The notes under the pieces are model-generated. The model was not told the DNA's origin. It made no database searches and worked only from the letters and a program-made list of their open reading frames with translations. Of a stretch of DNA of 41,776 nucleotides, positions 36,907 through 41,776 are shown one piece after another (position 1 is the first letter of the stretch; every line of letters starts with the position of its first letter). Both the position numbers and the translations under genes were made by a program. Origin of the DNA: a virus. Its lineage: Duplodnaviria; Caudoviricetes. The DNA lies in the IMG/VR virus record IMGVR_UViG_3300033148_001348, positions 1-41,776 of that record; one strand, written 5' to 3'.

Positions 36907-37167
36907 TTACGCTTCGCCCCACTCCGAGGCATCTCCATCCACCATCTGAATCTCCATCTCCGGCAAGTCCATCAAGAACAAACCACACACTTCCCTCTTC
37001 ACCACTCCCGACTTCGTGCGGATCGAAATCCACACACCATCATCTTCTCCGGCCATCTGTCGAAAGATCGGGAAACGATCTGTCTCCGTGATCTCCGACA
37101 TCACTTCCTTGCTCAATCCGAAATCCAGATCAAACAAGTCCTGCTTCATCAGGTAGGGAACATTCAT
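36907..37167 (-). CDS. Hypothetical early protein
   Basis: ATGA-coupled start at 37167. Confidence 0.6.
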   Translation of the reverse strand: MNVPYLMKQDLFDLDFGLSKEVMSEITETDRFPIFRQMAGEDDGVWISIRTKSGVVKREVCGLFLMDLPEMEIQMVDGDASEWGEA

Positions 37168-37388
37168 GCACCGACCCCCTTCTTGATCCTCTCGATCCAA
37201 TCCATTCCGAACTCCGTCACCTTCTTATCCTTCAAGGCCAGCTTCACCGCATCCTTGACCTCATTTGTTGATGCCCAGATCACATTGAAGGCCGTCCAGA
37301 ACCTTCTCGGTGGTGGCTGATATTTGTTCAACAGATAGGCAACCACCTTCTGCTCCGCCATTGTCATATCCATGATTCTCCGATTCAT
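37164..37388 (-). CDS. Hypothetical early protein
   Basis: GAGGAGGAG RBS before ATG 37388. Confidence 0.65.
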   Translation of the reverse strand: MNRRIMDMTMAEQKVVAYLLNKYQPPPRRFWTAFNVIWASTNEVKDAVKLALKDKKVTEFGMDWIERIKKGVGA

Positions 37389-37664
37389 GCACTCCTCCTC
37401 TGTTTGTTTCTTGGCTGTCACTTTCTTCTTCTCCGAAAATTGTTTGTGGTATCAGAAGGGGGATCGGTGTCTCACACTCGATCCCCCCTCCACCATCCTC
37501 TTCACCATACTATTTCCGCAGACCTTCTTCGCTCCCCTCAATGTGGATCACGGCGTGGAAGGTATCTCTGCTCCGGTAGGTGCATATCCTCGTCCCTAGT
37601 TCCTACTCCAGACGATTGTTTGTGGTCGGCTCCCTGTACCGATGTACAGGCCGATCTCTCCACT

Positions 37665-37775
37665 CTATAGGCGGTCAGCCGATATGCATTCCATCTCTTG
37701 ACACCCTGTGACCTCTTCGAGGATGGAATCTCTTTTGACTTTGATCTCCGTTTCGTTGTTCATCTCAATCTTCAT
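37665..37775 (-). CDS. Possible 36-aa near-leaderless ORF (MKIEMNNETEIK...)
   Basis: ATG lies 10 nt after the -10 box; short and otherwise unsupported. Confidence 0.35.
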   Translation of the reverse strand: MKIEMNNETEIKVKRDSILEEVTGCQEMECISADRL

Positions 37776-37785
37776 CTTGGTTGCA

Positions 37786-37814
37786 ATAATACAGAATAAT
37801 ACTGCAAAGGTCAA
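37786..37814 (-). promoter_or_regulatory. Sigma70-type early promoter
   Basis: TTGACC-17 nt-TATTAT in the largest internal intergenic region. Confidence 0.8.
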
Positions 37815-37876
37815 CCCGTTGGGTGAAAATACGTGAAAAAAAGATCAGGAGTTTACCGCTATGAATACCGGACTTG

Positions 37877-38212
37877 CTAACCAGTGGGCCAAATCTGTTC
37901 TGCGATCCTCAACTGGCCTCGGCTTCCGACCTTCAAAACGATCAAGACTGTCGGGCCATACACTCGCCACAATTTACGAATGGTGTACCAAGGGTAACAC
38001 TCTTTTCCCTTCACCTCTTCATAGATGTCGATGTCTCTCTCTTCTTCATGGTAGAAGAAGTCAGCCGTGTATTGCACACTGGCTCTTGTCAACCATACCA
38101 CCTTTTGAAACTCAAGGCCGGTAATGTCACCGACCTCTTCCATCTCGACAAGTTCCTCTGCCCGGCGTCTTTCCGCCCCCGACTGAAACGAATGCCCGGC
38201 AAGTGATCTCAT
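37877..38212 (-). CDS. DUF1064-family PD-(D/E)XK nuclease
   Basis: FQS.AE.RR..EL...G.I..LE.Q, YTADFFY, EEVKG motifs. Confidence 0.8.
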   Translation of the reverse strand: MRSLAGHSFQSGAERRRAEELVEMEEVGDITGLEFQKVVWLTRASVQYTADFFYHEEERDIDIYEEVKGKECYPWYTIRKLWRVYGPTVLIVLKVGSRGQLRIAEQIWPTG

Positions 38213-38988
38213 TAGACTTGTCCGATCGGTACTCGGATCACGGGATTCAGATCGACCACCTTCCTCTTCTTCTTTGAACTGTGTGACCGATCAACCGACG
38301 AATCCCTTCGCACAATTTCTCTTCCCCACTTCTTCTGCAAGATGTCGAACTGTCGCTTCTCTTCTTCGATGTTCCTCATCACTGCACATCCACCGGGCTG
38401 TCCTCCTCCAGACGCTCCTTGCTTCACGGTGTAGAAATACTTATTCACCCGCAGAACTTTCCGATATGTATTCAGGTGTTGAAGAGTGATGTCATAATCC
38501 TCTTTCAGCGGAATCCTCTCATCATATCTCAGGTCAGAATTGATGTGGCACGAAAACGGTGAACCGATATAACTCACCAACGAGAATGGCGTGTATTCCC
38601 GATAACACTGTTTGTCTGGATTGACATTCACTCCCCACAACTTCACCCCGAACCCGACTGCCAACTCCGAATACTTTTCTATGAAGGCCAACACCTCATC
38701 AGGATGGACGAACAATCTCTTCGTCTGTTCATAATATCCGATGTTGGTCATATCATCATCAATGATGCAGATCACATCCGTGTCGGCATGATCCAAAATA
38801 TAATTCCTGATCCTCGACACATTTCCCTGCACACCCTTCGGAACCTTCACGATGTCCGCACCGGGATTTGCGGCAACATATTCATCATACTCTGTCTCGC
38901 ACACCCACAACCTACAGAACGGCAAATAGCCGAGAGTGGTCACAGCATTGGGTCTTCGGTAACTTGGTGCATTCACTGACACCTTCAT
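38212..38988 (-). CDS. TET-associated (TAGT/GREB1-like) GT-A glycosyltransferase
   Basis: PSYRRP, RNYILD, IIDDD, KEDYD.TLQ.L, GGC, LQKKWG motifs. Confidence 0.8.
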   Translation of the reverse strand: MKVSVNAPSYRRPNAVTTLGYLPFCRLWVCETEYDEYVAANPGADIVKVPKGVQGNVSRIRNYILDHADTDVICIIDDDMTNIGYYEQTKRLFVHPDEVLAFIEKYSELAVGFGVKLWGVNVNPDKQCYREYTPFSLVSYIGSPFSCHINSDLRYDERIPLKEDYDITLQHLNTYRKVLRVNKYFYTVKQGASGGGQPGGCAVMRNIEEEKRQFDILQKKWGREIVRRDSSVDRSHSSKKKRKVVDLNPVIRVPIGQV

Positions 38989-39689
38989 GCTTCACCTCCA
39001 CCTCTCAGAATCTTCTGGATGGCCTCAGGGCCTCTCATCACCCTGCCCACTCCCTTCTTCTCGAATCCCGGCTTGGAGTCCAAGGCTTTGACTGTGGTGA
39101 TTCCTAACAAGGTCTGTGCCTGTAACCAATCCACTTCATTGTCGAAATACAGGCAAACATAATTATGGCATTCCATCAGCTCCTCTGTGAATACGATCTC
39201 CGGGTCCTCTCCCGGCATATCCGGCGCCATCATCTCAGCGATTTCATTCTCAGGGATTCCCGTGAGCTCCAGATCAATCGCTCCGGTATCGATCTCCTCA
39301 ATCAAATCCTTGATCATTTGGAAATCATCTTCACCCTGTAACTGATTGGCGGCGATCATCCGAGCGATATGGACATCATTCGCATAATTCTTGATTACAG
39401 CATCAGCATGGGTGAACCCTGACTCCCTCAACACCTTCGCTCTCAAATGACCAGACACCAACAATCCATTCCTCTCATTGAACACAATCGGATCGAAATA
39501 GTCGTGTTCCAGACTGGTCTTGAGCGCATTCCACTGTTCCGACCCCTTCGGCGGGTGCTTTCTTGGATTCTGAGGATGAGGCTTGAGTTCTTCGATCTTC
39601 ATTGTCTTGATCTTCAACTCAGCCCTCTTCTTGATGCCTGACTTCGCCACCTTCTTCTTCTCTTTCCCATTCCCATTTCTCTTGTTCAC
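38985..39689 (-). CDS. ParB/Srx N-terminal domain protein
   Basis: LKPHPQNPRKH, DPIVFNER.G.LVSGH.R motifs. Confidence 0.9.
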   Translation of the reverse strand: MNKRNGNGKEKKKVAKSGIKKRAELKIKTMKIEELKPHPQNPRKHPPKGSEQWNALKTSLEHDYFDPIVFNERNGLLVSGHLRAKVLRESGFTHADAVIKNYANDVHIARMIAANQLQGEDDFQMIKDLIEEIDTGAIDLELTGIPENEIAEMMAPDMPGEDPEIVFTEELMECHNYVCLYFDNEVDWLQAQTLLGITTVKALDSKPGFEKKGVGRVMRGPEAIQKILRGGGEA

Positions 39690-39725
39690 CTTGAACCTCC
39701 TATGTATATGTATATGCTTCTGTCT

Positions 39726-39905
39726 CTAGCTTATCCCTCGGGTTAAGCCGACCCTTAACCCTCCCCGATCAAATCCACCTGCTTTCATTGGGCGACCTGA
39801 TTGGAATGCCCCTGAGGCTAATGCCCCTCGCAATCCCCCGATGGCAGGGCTATGGTCTGCTGATAACAGGATGATGCCCCGCCTATGGTCGACAAATGAC
39901 CTCAT
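39726..39905 (-). CDS. Possible 59-aa ORF, not in the ORF track
   Basis: ATG overlaps the terminase stop (ATGA) and the frame is open to TAG 39728-39726; atypical composition. Confidence 0.3.
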   Translation of the reverse strand: MRSFVDHRRGIILLSADHSPAIGGLRGALASGAFQSGRPMKAGGFDRGGLRVGLTRGIS

Positions 39906-41776
39906 TCTCGATCTCCAAGAAACTTATTTTCCCGAATCTTCCCTGTCGGCTTCACCTTGGCATCTTCCGCTGTGCCGGTGAACACCTTGCCATCTTCCTT
40001 CATGTTGAAGAGATGGAAGGCATGGGCGATACAACATCCATATACAACGGAATCCAGATAATGGTTTGCATCGAATCCCTTCCTTGTCACCCATGTCCTG
40101 ACCACCTCAGACGATCCCCTCTTTCTCTTCACCACCTCATGCTCCGACTGCAGATGCCTTTCGAGAGTTTCATCACGATCCTTCGGGAGATGAAGGAGGC
40201 ACGGCTGATCCTCCCGATGATTCAATCTCCCATAGACGAACTCCTTCCAATATAGGGTGTTCACCCGGTAGCCCATCATCGACCCCGGCAACGCCTTCCC
40301 CCCGGCATCCCTATCCAGTGCGGTTGCTTTCCACGGGAGCTGGTACATCTTCCTTGGGTCTTTGATCTGAGCCTCACCCTGAACTGCCTTGATCGTGGGG
40401 AACTTCCTGCATCTCTCAATGATCTCCTGTCTGCGGTATCTCGCATCAACTCCCCCGATCACCACCTTCAACTGACTCCCATTCGGATGCGGCCACGTTT
40501 CTTCTTCTGCCACCCTGAACAGAGCCTCAGAATCTGCGACCACTCCCCACGATATGAGCCACAATTCACTGTCAGAGCCGACACCAATGATCACATAATG
40601 GCACTGGTGCTCTCCAATATCTGCACCCATGACAAGAGCCTTCACCTCTTTCGGGACTTCATTCCGGCGATATGTCAGCCGTGCCCTCTCAATGACCTTC
40701 TCACTGACCAACTCGATCCCCTGCTGATCCAATTCAAATGGCATCGCCAACCAATTATTCACAAAGCTCTTCATCACAGCCGGGTCTTGTACGATCCTTG
40801 CCCTGAGATACCTCGCCGCCATCGCCCCGAAACTACAAGACGGCCAAGGCGAATAGAGACTGCTCCCATGAAAGGCGATCCATTTGTGTCCGGGATTCTG
40901 ACACTTCCACCTTCCCTTGCCGATGATCTCCAATTTCTGACCATCGGTGATCTTCTTCTTGCACTTCTGGCATTCATACCATCCCAGATCATCAAGCTGA
41001 CCGATGGCACAATCTTTCGGCCATCTCACTCCCGACCATTCAAGACGGATGTACTTCTTGCAGTTGGGGCATTTCACTTCGTAGAAATACACCGATGTCA
41101 TGCCGGTGGGTATCCAATTCTTTGTCTCCCAGAGTTGTTCATTCTTGAAATCCTCCCGTGCTGGCTTCAAGCCCATACTCCTCCACATCGGATCATTCAT
41201 CTCCATCGGTGTGCTCACCGATGCGATCTTATGATTCCAATATGTCGTGGTTGTTGCTTCGGCGGCACTCGACGCTCCCTGAGGAAATGCAGATTTCTCA
41301 TCTTCAAACAGATAGCGGATCGGCAACGACCTCAGGGATGTCTCCGATCCCGACCATCCGAACCTCATGGTCATTGTGTTGAGGGTATAGGCGAGGAGTT
41401 GTAAATCTTCTCTCTTCCCGGTGAGATGCCTACGGAGTGCCGGACAATCCAGAATCAAGGGCTGTAACCTATCTTTGCTTGTAGCGGTGACACCAGCCTC
41501 GGTTGCACTCACGAACAAGGCCGGGCCGGGATCATAATCCATGACATATCCCAAGGTGCAAAACAGGAAGGTGGTTTTCCCCCACTGTCTGCCAGAGCAG
41601 ATCGATACCCTCCTGACCTCTGGATCGCTGAATCTCTTCACCGGCTCCCTCAGGTACGGAGTCACGGCGAACCTGATCGGCCCGGCAATCAATGATGTGC
41701 GTTCCGACAGAACAAGATGCTCCTCTGCCCATTTGTCGGCACTGAGAACTGGCCTCGGCTTGATCCCCTGAAAGAA
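39902..41776 (-). CDS. terL: Terminase large subunit, lambda GpA family (5'-truncated by the window edge)
   Basis: Frame open to 41776 (..LSADKWAEEHL..TPYLREP); Walker A RQWGKT, YLFEDE, STP, two CxxC, SSLYSPW, GAD, NHYLD. Confidence 0.95.
   Translation of the reverse strand, partial: FFQGIKPRPVLSADKWAEEHLVLSERTSLIAGPIRFAVTPYLREPVKRFSDPEVRRVSICSGRQWGKTTFLFCTLGYVMDYDPGPALFVSATEAGVTATSKDRLQPLILDCPALRRHLTGKREDLQLLAYTLNTMTMRFGWSGSETSLRSLPIRYLFEDEKSAFPQGASSAAEATTTTYWNHKIASVSTPMEMNDPMWRSMGLKPAREDFKNEQLWETKNWIPTGMTSVYFYEVKCPNCKKYIRLEWSGVRWPKDCAIGQLDDLGWYECQKCKKKITDGQKLEIIGKGRWKCQNPGHKWIAFHGSSLYSPWPSCSFGAMAARYLRARIVQDPAVMKSFVNNWLAMPFELDQQGIELVSEKVIERARLTYRRNEVPKEVKALVMGADIGEHQCHYVIIGVGSDSELWLISWGVVADSEALFRVAEEETWPHPNGSQLKVVIGGVDARYRRQEIIERCRKFPTIKAVQGEAQIKDPRKMYQLPWKATALDRDAGGKALPGSMMGYRVNTLYWKEFVYGRLNHREDQPCLLHLPKDRDETLERHLQSEHEVVKRKRGSSEVVRTWVTRKGFDANHYLDSVVYGCCIAHAFHLFNMKEDGKVFTGTAEDAKVKPTGKIRENKFLGDRE

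Noticed and set aside
37421-37700. tRNA or known riboswitch in the early leader
   Set aside because: No cloverleaf, T-loop or riboswitch consensus that I could recognise; retained only as an unclassified structured leader
330-41776. Alternative genetic code or stop-codon reassignment
   Set aside because: Conserved genes are full length under the standard code, and TAA, TAG and TGA all end genes at tight junctions

Overview
The window is most of the genome (~42 kb) of a long-tailed dsDNA phage with a lambda-like head module. Every credible gene is on the minus strand. Reading from 41776 down, the order is: 5'-truncated GpA-type large terminase; ParB-N, TAGT-like glycosyltransferase and DUF1064 nuclease; a sigma70 promoter with a structured leader; an early block (MoxR AAA, DUF3150-like, DUF2201/vWA, annealing protein, Cas4-like nuclease, replication initiator, MazG-like, Ogr/NrdR-like Zn ribbon); a terminator and late promoter; gpW, portal, protease-capsid fusion and DUF2190 cement; seven consecutive genes with export signals (fibre-like/LamG proteins plus a lipoprotein); two papain-fold enzymes; neck, tail tube, frameshifted chaperone, tape measure and three tip genes; HNH; three glycosyltransferases and a methyltransferase; and a lambda cosQ-like site near the window start. 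I found no integrase, repressor, tRNA or CRISPR array. The most unusual observations are: (1) fibre-like virion proteins carrying Sec signal peptides and a strong directional Thr-Asn enrichment, in a phage with its own glycosyltransferases, which suggests a possible export-glycosylate-assemble system; (2) a paralogue of the tail tube protein inside the early MoxR/vWA operon; (3) an NrdR-box-like operator over the late promoter; (4) a recurrent TGACAGCCAA element before early genes. All family calls are motif recognition by eye, with no database searches.
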